The notes under the pieces are model-generated. The model saw nothing but the letters and a program-made list of their open reading frames with translations, was not told the DNA's origin and made no database searches. The position numbers were made by a program, and so were the translations under genes. From contig CAWKDB010000011.1 of NCBI GenBank assembly GCA_963848295.1, positions 672,001 to 736,000 on the forward strand: 64,000 nucleotides of DNA, written 5' to 3'. Of the stretch, positions 1 to 10,552 are shown in pieces (position 1 is the stretch's first letter; each line of letters starts with the position of its first letter). The stretch is from an uncultured delta proteobacterium (lineage in GTDB: Bacteria; Myxococcota_A; Polyangia; Haliangiales; Haliangiaceae).

Positions 1-1105
1 TCGCCGGTGCCTCTTTGAAGCGTAGATCATCTTTCATCTCGCCCTTGCTGTAGCGGGCGTGCAGCCGCGTCATCACGAACGTGCCGGCCGCGATCTTGCC
101 GCCGACGAGATCCGCGCCGAGCTCGGTGAGATCCTTCGGCGTGACATCGAGCGCGGGACACGGGTCGCAGTGATAGCTCGGCTTCGCCGTCCACGCATAT
201 TCGGTGACGATCGCACCGGGGTTCGCCGCGATCGTCTCGTCGAACAGGGCCGCGTAGAACTCGCCGAAGCGCGAGCGCACGTCGGACCGGACGTCGAAGT
301 TCGTCGGGATCACGACGTTCTTGTAGTTCGCGACCTCGTAGCGCTTGTCGGCCGAGATGATGTTGACGATCAGGTCTTGTTTGCCCGCGGCGTTCGCCAT
401 GCCGAGTCGGATCGGCAGCGTGAAGTCATCGCTGTCGTAATCGAAGCGCAGCGGCGACAGCGCGGCGTGGCCGTCCTCCATGACGACCTTCGCCGGATCG
501 ACCTTCGCGACGAAGAACTTCGAGCCGCCTTCGATGTACGGCCGGAGCAGCGGCTCCGCCCCAGGCGGAATCTTGAAATGGTTCGCGGTCAGCCAGTCCT
601 GCAGCGCGGTCGCTTCGGTCGCCGACAGCACGACGATCTGATACTCGGCGACGTTGAACTTCGCCTCGACCGTGACCTTGCCCATCTTGCCTTCGTCGAG
701 CCCGAAGCCGCCCGCGCCCGTGCCGTAGCCCATGCCGACGCCGCGCAGCATGCCTTCTTCGCGCTGGCGCTCGCACGGGTCTTGCTCCCAGTACTCGACG
801 AGCCGCGGCGACCCGAGCGACTCGACGTGCTCGAACACTTCCTTATGCAGCGTCTTGACGTCTTTCGCGTGCAACACGACCGGCACCGGCACGACCATCG
901 CAAAGTCCTCGAGCGGTCCGCGATAGTCGTTCTGCATCGCGAGCACGGTGCGCGTGCCCTCGCGCATCAACACGACCTGAGTCGCGTCGTTGACCATCTT
1001 CTGGCCCGAGCCGCTGACGTAAAACCCACAGAATGCATGGGCGGCGCCGGTCGTGGCGACCAGGCCGAGCGCGGCGGAACCGAGGACGAGGGCGAGCTTG
1101 GACAT
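1..1105 (-). CDS. DUF2330 domain-containing secreted protein (runs off window edge, 3' partial)
   Basis: Not in the ORF track because it has no stop in the window. Manual minus-strand translation from ATG at 1105 (AAAGGAAG RBS upstream) gives MSKLALVLGSAALGLVATTGAAHAFCGFYVSGSGQKMVNDATQVVLMREGTRTVLAMQNDY..., a clear paralog of 1260..2813. Confidence 0.85.
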   Translation of the reverse strand, partial: MSKLALVLGSAALGLVATTGAAHAFCGFYVSGSGQKMVNDATQVVLMREGTRTVLAMQNDYRGPLEDFAMVVPVPVVLHAKDVKTLHKEVFEHVESLGSPRLVEYWEQDPCERQREEGMLRGVGMGYGTGAGGFGLDEGKMGKVTVEAKFNVAEYQIVVLSATEATALQDWLTANHFKIPPGAEPLLRPYIEGGSKFFVAKVDPAKVVMEDGHAALSPLRFDYDSDDFTLPIRLGMANAAGKQDLIVNIISADKRYEVANYKNVVIPTNFDVRSDVRSRFGEFYAALFDETIAANPGAIVTEYAWTAKPSYHCDPCPALDVTPKDLTELGADLVGGKIAAGTFVMTRLHARYSKGEMKDDLRFKEAPA

Positions 1106-1204
1106 CGACGCTTCCTTTGTATGAACGCAGGGCGCACCCGCACGATCTACGCCGTCATGCTCGGTTAGCGGCCGAGATCATTGCCGGTTCGTCGTGCGAC
1201 GGCG

Positions 1205-1285
1205 TCGGCGCCGCCGCATGGCGGTGCGGTCAGTTCGACGGTGAGGCCTGCCGGCGCCGTCAGCGCCGCCGAATGGCGGTGCGGT
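1205..1285. repeat. Two copies of a ~26-bp palindromic REP-like unit (1205-1230, 1260-1285)
   Basis: tcggcgccgccgcatggcggtgcggt and tcagcgccgccgaatggcggtgcggt. The second matches the reverse complement of the argS repeat hairpin (tcagcaccgccgaagggcggtgcggt) at 24/26. Confidence 0.7.
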
Positions 1286-2813
1286 TACTACGACGCCGCA
1301 CACCGAGCGCGGTTCCCGCGATCAACAGCAGCGTCACCACGCCGCTCGCGTCGCCGCTACCGTGACAGCCGCAACCGGACCGCAACGGAAGCGCGGCGGA
1401 CGGAGCCGGCGCGGTCACTCGAAGGCCGAGCTGCGGCAGGTCATGCACGACCGCGGTCTCGAGCTTGACCGCATCGCGCGGCGCGAACGCGACCCCGAGC
1501 GCGGCGATCGGCGTCGTGTCGCGACCGGCGAGTTGATCCGCGACGTCGGCGGGCGGTCCACCCCAGCGCCCGCGCTGCGGGCTCGTGCACGCGAGCGGGC
1601 CGGTCCACGCGTGGCGGATCGCGTAGCGCGCCTGAAAGTTGTTGTAGTCCGACGCCGCGAAGCCGGTCTTCATCTCGTTGAACCGCTGGTCGTGCTCGCG
1701 GCCGCCTTCGATCGGCGGCGCGCGCTCGAACACGAGGTCGGCGGTGATCTCGGGGCCGTAGCGCGCGTGCAGCCGGGTCAACACGAAGTCTTCGTTCTGG
1801 TACGCGCTCGGCAGTTGCGGCGTGCCGCCGAGCACGTCGGCGCCGAGCGTCTGAAAGTCGCTGTCGGTGAGCACCGGGCCCGGACACGGATCGCAGTTGC
1901 CGGCTTGCCACGAGTATTCGGTGACGACCGCGTGCGGATCGTGCTCGACCGTGCGATCGAACAGCGCCGCGTAGAACGCCGCGAAGTGATCCTTGACGAC
2001 CGGCTTGACGTCGAGGTTCGTCGGGATCGCGACGTTCGGATAGTTCGCGACGCGATAGCGCTGGTTCGGCGCGAGGATGTTGACGATCAGATCCTGGGTG
2101 CCGCTCGAGCTCGCGAGCCCGAGCCGGATCGGCAGCGAGAACTCTTCGCTGTCGTAGTGAAAGCGCAACGGCGACAGCGCCGCGCGCCCGTGCTCGAACT
2201 TGACCTTGTTCGGATCGACCTTCGCGACGAAGAACTTCGAGCCCGCCTCGACGTACGGCCGGAGCAACGGCTCGGCGCCCGCGGGGATCTGGTAGTGGTT
2301 CGCGCGCAACCAGTCGGCGAGCCCGGTCGCCTCCTTCGCCGACAGGATCACGATCTGGTATTCGCCTACCGTGAACCGCGCCTCGACCTTGACCGCCGCG
2401 CTGTTCTCGCTGGTCGCGACCATCGCCTGCGAGGTCACCGCCATCCCCGAGCCATAGGCGATCCCGTCGCCGGGCTCGTCGCGCGCACACGGATCCTGCT
2501 CCCAGTACTCGACGAGCCGCGGCGCGCCCATCAGCTCGACGTGATCGAACACGTCTTTCGGCAGCGTCCTGACGTCGCCCTCGTGCAGCACGACCGGCAC
2601 CGGGACGACGAGCGCGAATGCCTCGGGCGGCCCCTTGTAGTTGTTCTGCATCGACAGCACGGTCCGCGTGCCCTCGCGCATCAACACGACCTGGGTCGCG
2701 TCGTTGTACATGTGCTGATCCGAGCCGGCGACGTAGAACCCGCAGAACGCGTCGGCCTTGGCTGAAATCGTCACGAGCGCGGCGAATGTCGCGACGGCGA
2801 GTGTGGTCCTCAT
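1260..2813 (-). CDS. DUF2330 domain protein with MYXO-CTERM sorting signal
   Basis: Signal peptide, then AFCGFYV...ATQVVLMREG..., LVEYWEQDPC, CDPC. C-terminus is GCGC + hydrophobic helix + RRR. Confidence 0.85.
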   Translation of the reverse strand: MRTTLAVATFAALVTISAKADAFCGFYVAGSDQHMYNDATQVVLMREGTRTVLSMQNNYKGPPEAFALVVPVPVVLHEGDVRTLPKDVFDHVELMGAPRLVEYWEQDPCARDEPGDGIAYGSGMAVTSQAMVATSENSAAVKVEARFTVGEYQIVILSAKEATGLADWLRANHYQIPAGAEPLLRPYVEAGSKFFVAKVDPNKVKFEHGRAALSPLRFHYDSEEFSLPIRLGLASSSGTQDLIVNILAPNQRYRVANYPNVAIPTNLDVKPVVKDHFAAFYAALFDRTVEHDPHAVVTEYSWQAGNCDPCPGPVLTDSDFQTLGADVLGGTPQLPSAYQNEDFVLTRLHARYGPEITADLVFERAPPIEGGREHDQRFNEMKTGFAASDYNNFQARYAIRHAWTGPLACTSPQRGRWGGPPADVADQLAGRDTTPIAALGVAFAPRDAVKLETAVVHDLPQLGLRVTAPAPSAALPLRSGCGCHGSGDASGVVTLLLIAGTALGVRRRSNRTAIRRR

Positions 2814-2867
2814 GTGCGGCCTTGGACCGCACGACCGCGCGCGATCTTGGCTCGTTCTTGGCGCGCC

Positions 2868-3680
2868 CTACGGGCAGGCGTAGAGCTGGAGCCACGACTC
2901 GAGCCGCTCGACCGCCGCGCCGCACTCGGCGCCGACGAGCTCGGCCGACGCCGCATCGTCGGTCTGCGCCCCGGTGAGCTGAAACGCGACGTCGTGGGCC
3001 GCGGTGCGCACCGCCGACGGCAACGCGGTGCATTGCTGCGCCCGCCCCGCGACCTGATGCAGCTTGCGACATTGCGGGCTGGTCGTCGGAGCCAGCACCG
3101 GCGCGCAGCCCGTGCGTTGCAGCTCGGCCTCGACCTTGGCCGCGCGCGAGTCGCATTGGGCCGCGACCTTGGTCAGCGCGTCGCCGCGCGCCGCGGACCA
3201 CGCGGCGCGTTGGTTGACGAGCTTGGCCGGCGCCTCGAGCGGGGCGTGGGTCGCGAGCTTCGTGCAGCGCGCTTCGATCCGCGCCCAGCCGACGAGCCGA
3301 TCGCACGCGGCGATCCCGGTCGTCTCGCGGGTCAGCGCCGCGCGCACGGTGCAGCCCGAGTCGTAATCGATCGCGAGCTCCACCGCGTTCGGCTTGCTCT
3401 GCGTCACGTGGACCGCGATATCGCCGTCTTGCGCCGACATCCCCGCATCGCCCTCGACCAACGACAACGCGCGCAGCGCCCCGCCCGCGGGCGCGAGATC
3501 GAGCGCGAGCGCGCCGTCGACCGCATCGATCGCGAGCGTCGCCGTGGGGTGCCCGGCCGCGGCGCAGCTCCCCCAGCGCAGCTTGCCCTGCCAATCGCCG
3601 ACCCAATCACTCCACTTCGGCGGGGCGGCGGACGCCGTACCCACGAGCAGCACGAGCCCTGCGAGCGCGATTCGCATCAC
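2868..3680 (-). CDS. Secreted Cys-containing hypothetical protein
   Basis: N-terminal signal peptide (MMRIALAGLVLLVGTASA), paired Cys, co-oriented in the operon. Confidence 0.7.
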   Translation of the reverse strand: MMRIALAGLVLLVGTASAAPPKWSDWVGDWQGKLRWGSCAAAGHPTATLAIDAVDGALALDLAPAGGALRALSLVEGDAGMSAQDGDIAVHVTQSKPNAVELAIDYDSGCTVRAALTRETTGIAACDRLVGWARIEARCTKLATHAPLEAPAKLVNQRAAWSAARGDALTKVAAQCDSRAAKVEAELQRTGCAPVLAPTTSPQCRKLHQVAGRAQQCTALPSAVRTAAHDVAFQLTGAQTDDAASAELVGAECGAAVERLESWLQLYACP

Positions 3681-3709
3681 CGCAGTGTGCCACGCTCGGG
3701 CAGCGTCGC

Positions 3710-5062
3710 CTACTCGTCAGCTTCGATCGGCGTGCGCTGCTTGCCGCGCGACGTCACGAGAAACACCCCGGTGCCGACCGCGAGCACGCCCGCGATCTCG
3801 GCACTGAGCCTCGGATCTCCGGAAACGCCGAAAATCACGGTCCACACCGACAGCGCGATGAACAGCAGCGGCGTGATCGGGTAGCCCGGCATTCGAAACG
3901 CCCCCACCTGAGCGCGGCGGCGGAACACGAACAGCGCACCGACCGTGAGTGCCGCGAACGCTGCGAGGGTGAAGCCCACGAGTCGGATCAGCGCGTCTGG
4001 ATCGCTGAAGATCGCGAACCCGATCGCGAGCACGCACTGGACGACGACCGCGACGACCGGCACGCCCCGCTTCGAGTAGTACGCCAGCGGCTTGGGCAGC
4101 GCGTGATCCGCGGCCATCGTCGCGTAGACCCGCGGCCCCGCCATCATCATCGCGCTGACCGCCGACATCAGCGCGATCGCGATCACCGAGCTCAGCAGAT
4201 CGCCAGCTTCGGGACCGAACAACGCGCGCGACGCGATCGCGCCGACCGGTTGATGGACGGGATCGACCGCCATCGCATCCGGCGTCACCGCGTAGAGGAA
4301 CACCAGGTTGACCAGGATGTAGAGTACCATCACGCTGACGGTGCCGAGCAACAGCGCACGAGGCAGCGTGCGTTGCGGGTGTTCGATCTCGCCCGCGATG
4401 TACGCGGCGGCGTTCCAACCGGAGTACGCGAAGCTGACGTACATCAGCGCCGTCGCGTAGTTCGCGGCGCCGGCACGCGTGCCGAGCTGGGTCAGGCCAT
4501 CGCCGCGGGAGGCGAAGTGACTCCAGTCGCCGTTGCCGGTCGAGAACCCGGCGACGATGAACACGACGATCACGAGCACCTTGATGATCGTGAAGTACGT
4601 CTGGACGCGACCGCCGAGCTTCGTATCGAACGCGTGCAGCGCGGTCATCGCCAGGATCAAGCCGCACGCGAGGAGCTTCATCGCGGCCCCGCCGGCGACC
4701 GCAGGCCACAACACGCCGAGGTACGACGCGAACAACAGCGCCGCCGCCGCGATCGGCGCCGAGAACCCGATGATCAGCGAGACCCAGCCGCTCATGAACC
4801 CGACGGCCGGGTGATAGGCCTCGCGCAAGTAGACGTACTCGCCACCGGCGTGCGGCATGAGCGAGCCGAGCTCGGCGTAGGCCGCGGCGCCGCACAGCGC
4901 GATCACGCCGCCGACGACCCACGTCGACATCATCGTCAACGGATCTTTGAACGAGTACGCCGCTTGGAACCCGGCGCTCGTGAACACGCCGGAGCCGATC
5001 ATGTTCGCGATGACGATCGACGCCGCGATCGCCACGCCGAGCTGGCGTTTAGGCGGGGTCAC
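3710..5062 (-). CDS. APC-family amino acid permease
   Basis: IANMIGSGVF, YAELGSLMPHAGGEYVYL and FAYSGWN motifs; about 12 TM helices. Confidence 0.93.
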   Translation of the reverse strand: MTPPKRQLGVAIAASIVIANMIGSGVFTSAGFQAAYSFKDPLTMMSTWVVGGVIALCGAAAYAELGSLMPHAGGEYVYLREAYHPAVGFMSGWVSLIIGFSAPIAAAALLFASYLGVLWPAVAGGAAMKLLACGLILAMTALHAFDTKLGGRVQTYFTIIKVLVIVVFIVAGFSTGNGDWSHFASRGDGLTQLGTRAGAANYATALMYVSFAYSGWNAAAYIAGEIEHPQRTLPRALLLGTVSVMVLYILVNLVFLYAVTPDAMAVDPVHQPVGAIASRALFGPEAGDLLSSVIAIALMSAVSAMMMAGPRVYATMAADHALPKPLAYYSKRGVPVVAVVVQCVLAIGFAIFSDPDALIRLVGFTLAAFAALTVGALFVFRRRAQVGAFRMPGYPITPLLFIALSVWTVIFGVSGDPRLSAEIAGVLAVGTGVFLVTSRGKQRTPIEADE

Positions 5063-5068
5063 GCCCGG

Positions 5069-6117
5069 TTACCGCATGCTGCGATCGAGAAACGCGAGGG
5101 CGTCGCGCCAACAACGGCGCGCAGACGGCTCCCACACGAGCGCGTGAAACGCATGAATCCCGCCGGGGTAATAACGCGCTTCGCACGGGACGTTGAGCGT
5201 CGCGAGCGCCTTTTCGAGCCGGCGGGTATCGTCGAGCAGCGGATCGCGCGTGCCGACCGGCGCGAAGAACGGCGGCAGTGGGCGGGCGAACGCCGGATCG
5301 CCACCTGCGGCGACGGTGTCGGCCGCGCGCTCGAGCAGCCGGAGCGGATCGGCGAGCTCGGTGGCCTGACCCGGCGCGACGCCATGCAGGTAAGACGCCG
5401 ACGCGTCCCGGATCATTTCATCGACCAGCTTCGGCAGGCGGCGGCGCTGGCCGAACCGCTCCGGCCGCGAGACTTCGAGCATGCCGCAGAACGGCATCAC
5501 CGCGCGCGGCACCATCCCGGTCGCTCGCACCGCCCTGGCCCACGGCTCGGGGCGATCGAGGCAGCTCGCGAGCGCGAGCGACGTGATCAGGTTCGCACCG
5601 GCGGACTCGCCGGCGACCGCGACGCGATCGGGATCGCCGCCGAGCTCGACGACGCGCTCGGCGAGCCAGGTGTAGGCGCGGCACGTATCTTCGATCGCGG
5701 CGGGATAGGGATGCTTCGGCGCGAGCCGATAGCTGATGTTGATCACGAGGTAACCGAACCGCGCGAACACCAGGCCCATCAGCCAGTGCGTGTCCTTCGA
5801 TAACAAGTGAAACGCGCCGCCGTGGACGTAGAGCACCACCGGCCACGGCCCGGGGCGATGGACCGGGCGATAGATGTCGAGCTGGTGAAACTCGGGATCG
5901 GGCCCGTACTGGATATCGGACACGACCTCGACGCCGTGACGGCGCGGCGAGGCCGCCGGATGCAACCGACCGGTCGCGGCGAGCGACTCGAAGAACGCCG
6001 ATGCGGCAAAGCTGCGAGCGCGCCGCCACAGCGTGTCGCGGTAACGCTTCGTCGCCGGCGGGCGAGCCGTAGCTTCGGGCTCGATGGAACGGGCTAACGA
6101 TCGCTTGTCCTCGAGGC

Positions 6118-6121
<4 letters not shown>
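5069..6121 (-). CDS. Alpha/beta hydrolase (HSL-family esterase/lipase)
   Basis: HGGAF oxyanion motif, GESAG nucleophile, D(PLLDD) and HAF catalytic residues. Confidence 0.92.
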
Positions 6122-7284
<1,163 letters not shown>

Positions 7285-7376
7285 GGCGGGTTGCGATCGG
7301 GAACCGCCCTAGGCGGCCGACGAATTCCCGGACCGTGTACGAGAACGTGGCACGTACACGTCCACGATCTCCGGAA

Positions 7377-8325
7377 TTAGTGATGCGCTGCCAGGAAGTG
7401 CTCGGCCTCGAGCGCGGCCATGCAGCCCGAGCCGGCGGCGGTGATCGCCTGGCGATACTTCTTGTCCTGAACATCACCGGCCGCGAACACGCCCGGTACC
7501 GAGGTCTGGGTCGTGCCCGGGGTGGTCACGACGTAGCCCTGGTCGTCGCAGGCGAGCTGGCCGCCGAGGAACGCGGTGTTCGGCACGTGCCCGATCGCGA
7601 AGAACAAGCCGGCCGCGGGGATCGTCCGCTCGGTCTTGGCCTTGAGATCCTCGACGCGCACCGTCTCGACCGCGTGGCCGCCTTCGACGACGACGACCCG
7701 ATGCGACAGGAGCATCTCGATCTTCGGGTTGTCCTTCGCGCGTTGCTGCATGATCGCGGAGGCTCGCAGCTCGTCGCGGCGGTGCACGATGTAGACCTTC
7801 GACGCGAACTTCGTCAGGAAGCTCGCTTCTTCCATCGCCGAATCGCCACCGCCGATCACGAACAGCGCGCTGATTGCGAAACATCGGCAGCGCGCCGTCG
7901 CACACCGCGCACGCCGAAACGCCCTTTTGCCAGAGCTCGCCGTCGCGCGTCCCCGGGACGTCGTCGCGCTTCGCGGTCGCACCGGTCGCGATGATCAGCG
8001 CGCGCGCCTCGCCCTCTTGTTCGTCGGTCTTGTAGCGAAACGGCCGGCGCGACAGATCGACCTGCGCCACGGTCTCGGTGAAGATCCGGGTGCCGAACCG
8101 CTCCGACTGCGCGCGAAACCTCTCGCACAGCTCCGGGCCGGTGATGCCCTCGGGGAACCCGGGGAAGTTCTCGACGTCGGTCGTCGTGGTCAGCTGACCA
8201 CCGGCGGCGATGCCACCCGCGAGGAAGCCCTCGAACAGCAGCGGGGTGAGGTTCGCGCGGGCGGCGTAGATCGCCGCGGTGTGGGCCGCCGGGCCACTTC
8301 CGATGATCACCACGTTCTCGGCCAT
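7377..8325 (-). CDS. trxB: Thioredoxin reductase (one +1 frameshift near 7870, probably a sequence error)
   Basis: [22 protein letters not shown], and the CAVC redox motif in the 7474..8361 frame. The protein continues as [14 protein letters not shown]...GVFAAGDV...QAITAAGSG in the 7377..7982 frame. Confidence 0.9.
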
Positions 8326-8428
8326 CGCCTGGTTCTTAGCCCGAGCCGGCGCGAGACACACCCGGCCGAGGCGTTTTTTCGCCGACGGCAGTGGAGCCGG
8401 GCGCGCGGGAGGTGGATCCTACGGCGCG

Positions 8429-9121
8429 ATGGAGATCGCCAGCCTCGCCCAGCTCACCGCCGCTCACCGGCGTCACGACGAGGTGATCGCAGGGCTGATC
8501 GCCGCTTCGCGCCGGCTCGCCGCCGGCCGCCCCGACAACGGCGATCTCGACCTCGTCCGTGGCGCGGTCGCCTACTTCGAGCGAGACGTGCCGCTGCATT
8601 TCCTCGACGAGGAGGGCTCGTTGTTCCCGCGGTTGTCGACCCGGCGGCCCGAGCTCGCCGAGACGCTCGCGAGCCTTTCGGCCGAGCACCCCACCCAGAT
8701 CGAGATGCACGTCGCGGTGATCGGCGCGGCGGCGCAATTCGACTCCCGCGGTCAGTCGGCGAGCCCGGCGGGCGCAGGCAAGGCGCTGCTCGAGGCGGCC
8801 GAACGGCTCGCCTCCGCCCACCATGCCCACATCTCGCGCGAAGAGGCGGTCGTGGGCGGAGCGCGCGACGCGCTGACTCCGGAGGATGATGCCGAGATCG
8901 TCGCGGAGATGGTGACCCGCCGCGACCGCGACAAGCCGGTCGTCCGCAGGCCCGCCCCCAGACCGACGGCGCGGATGACGACCAAGCGCGCCGCGAAGCG
9001 CGCGACGACGTCGAAGCCGAAGCCCAAGCTGAAGGCGAAGACGCGCGGTGCGAAGCCGCCCGTCAAGCGAGGCGCGAAGCCGAAGGCCAAGCGAGGCGCG
9101 AAGTCGAAGCGCCGCCGCTAG
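8429..9121 (+). CDS. Hemerythrin-domain protein with Lys/Arg-rich C-terminal tail
   Basis: H...HFLDEEGSLFP...EH...HISREE hemerythrin pattern, followed by a tail of KRGAKP repeats. Confidence 0.8.
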   Translation: MEIASLAQLTAAHRRHDEVIAGLIAASRRLAAGRPDNGDLDLVRGAVAYFERDVPLHFLDEEGSLFPRLSTRRPELAETLASLSAEHPTQIEMHVAVIGAAAQFDSRGQSASPAGAGKALLEAAERLASAHHAHISREEAVVGGARDALTPEDDAEIVAEMVTRRDRDKPVVRRPAPRPTARMTTKRAAKRATTSKPKPKLKAKTRGAKPPVKRGAKPKAKRGAKSKRRR

Positions 9122-9139
9122 CGAAGCGAGCCAACCGGA

Positions 9140-10303
9140 TCAGCTCTTGGCTTTGGCGTCGGCGGCGTCGGGACCTTTGGCGTCGGGCTTCGCGGCGCTC
9201 TTCGCCGGCTTCGCGTCGGCCTTGTCGGCTTTCGCGTCCTTGACGTCGGCCGCGTCCTTGGCCGCGGATTGCTTCGCGGCCGCCGCCTCTTCGTTGAGGA
9301 TCAGCTTCAGTCGGCGCTGTGCCTCGCCCGAGGTCGGCGCGACGGTCTCGGCAGGCTTGCCGTTCTTCATCACGCGCAAGGCGACGTAGATCGCGCCGGC
9401 GAAGGCGAGCAGCGACGCCCACTGCGCGAACGTCATGTTCAGGTAGCGCGGATCGGTCTCGTTCGGGCGCAGGAACTCGAGGAAGAACCGCACCGGCGGG
9501 TAGAGGACGCCGAGGAACACCGGGATCAGGCCCGCGTTGAGCCGCTTCTTCGAGCGGAACGCCAGCCACAGGAGCAGCGCGTTGACCGGGATGAGATAGA
9601 GCAGCTCGATGAGGCCCAGGTTCCACGCGCGGATCATGTGGTCGTGGACCAGCCCGGTGTGGTTGATCGCGTCGATCTGGACGAGGTGGTCGATCGGCCC
9701 GCCGGGGTTGCCGAAGTTCGTCGGATAGTCGACGCCGAGCCACGCGTACCACTTCGACAGGTCGACCGCGCTGCCGATGTGATCGCTGACCACGCTGCAG
9801 CCGATCCGACCGATCGAGAACGCGGGCAGGAAGCCCAGGATCACGGTGTCGGCCATCAGCCGCACCGGCAGCCGCTTCCACCACACGTACGCGAAGAACC
9901 CGATCGCGCCGCCGATGAACCCGCCGTACGACGAGATGCCATCCCACAGCCGCAGCACGAGCGGCCAGTTCGACGGCCACAGCTGAACGCCCAGCGGCCA
10001 CCAGCTCGCCGGCTGGACGATGATCGAGGCCTCGGTGTGGTACGCGAGCGCGTCGAGCTCGTGCGCGCCGAGGAAGCCGAACGCCATCACCCACCAGGTC
10101 AGCCGGCGGATGTGCTCGTCGGACACGCCGTGCCACTCGGCATAACGGCGCAGAATCGCCGCGCCGATCAACACGCCGACCGCGACGATGAGGCCGAACC
10201 ACTGGATCGCGCCGATCACGCTGCCGGCGTGAAAATAGTCGTAAGGCAGCTTCGACGCGACCGACGAGATGGCCGCGGACATCATCAGGGCGACGGCGTA
10301 CAT
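9140..10303 (-). CDS. lgt: Prolipoprotein diacylglyceryl transferase family protein
   Basis: LWDGISSYGGFIGG, IGRIGC and RFFLEFLR motifs; multiple TM segments; Ala/Lys-rich tail. Confidence 0.88.
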   Translation of the reverse strand: MYAVALMMSAAISSVASKLPYDYFHAGSVIGAIQWFGLIVAVGVLIGAAILRRYAEWHGVSDEHIRRLTWWVMAFGFLGAHELDALAYHTEASIIVQPASWWPLGVQLWPSNWPLVLRLWDGISSYGGFIGGAIGFFAYVWWKRLPVRLMADTVILGFLPAFSIGRIGCSVVSDHIGSAVDLSKWYAWLGVDYPTNFGNPGGPIDHLVQIDAINHTGLVHDHMIRAWNLGLIELLYLIPVNALLLWLAFRSKKRLNAGLIPVFLGVLYPPVRFFLEFLRPNETDPRYLNMTFAQWASLLAFAGAIYVALRVMKNGKPAETVAPTSGEAQRRLKLILNEEAAAAKQSAAKDAADVKDAKADKADAKPAKSAAKPDAKGPDAADAKAKS

Positions 10304-10369
10304 GCGGCCGAGAGCCTACACCACAGCCGCCGGTCACGCCCGCGAGCTTGCACGCGGGCAAGACGCGCT

Positions 10370-10552
10370 ATGATTCGCTACGTGATCTGGGCCCCGTTCG
10401 TGCTCGCCCTCGTGCTCGGCCTCGTCGTCTCGGCCGGGCTTTACTTCGCGTACTTGTGGCCGCAGGTCGAGCCCGACGAGCCGGCCGGCGATCCACCGGC
10501 GGACTCCGCCCCGGCCAAACCCGCCGCCGAGGTCAGCGCGGAGCCGTCGTGA
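10370..10552 (+). CDS. Small single-TM membrane protein (60 aa)
   Basis: MIRYVIWAPFVLALVLGLVVSAGLYFAYLWPQ plus Pro/acidic tail; its TGA overlaps the GTG of the next gene (GTGA). Confidence 0.6.
   Translation: MIRYVIWAPFVLALVLGLVVSAGLYFAYLWPQVEPDEPAGDPPADSAPAKPAAEVSAEPS

Noticed and set aside
7860..7885. Programmed ribosomal frameshift in trxB (also PP2C, VOC, pilR)
   Set aside because: No slippery heptamer or stimulatory signal; the uniform +1 insertions are better explained as sequencing error.
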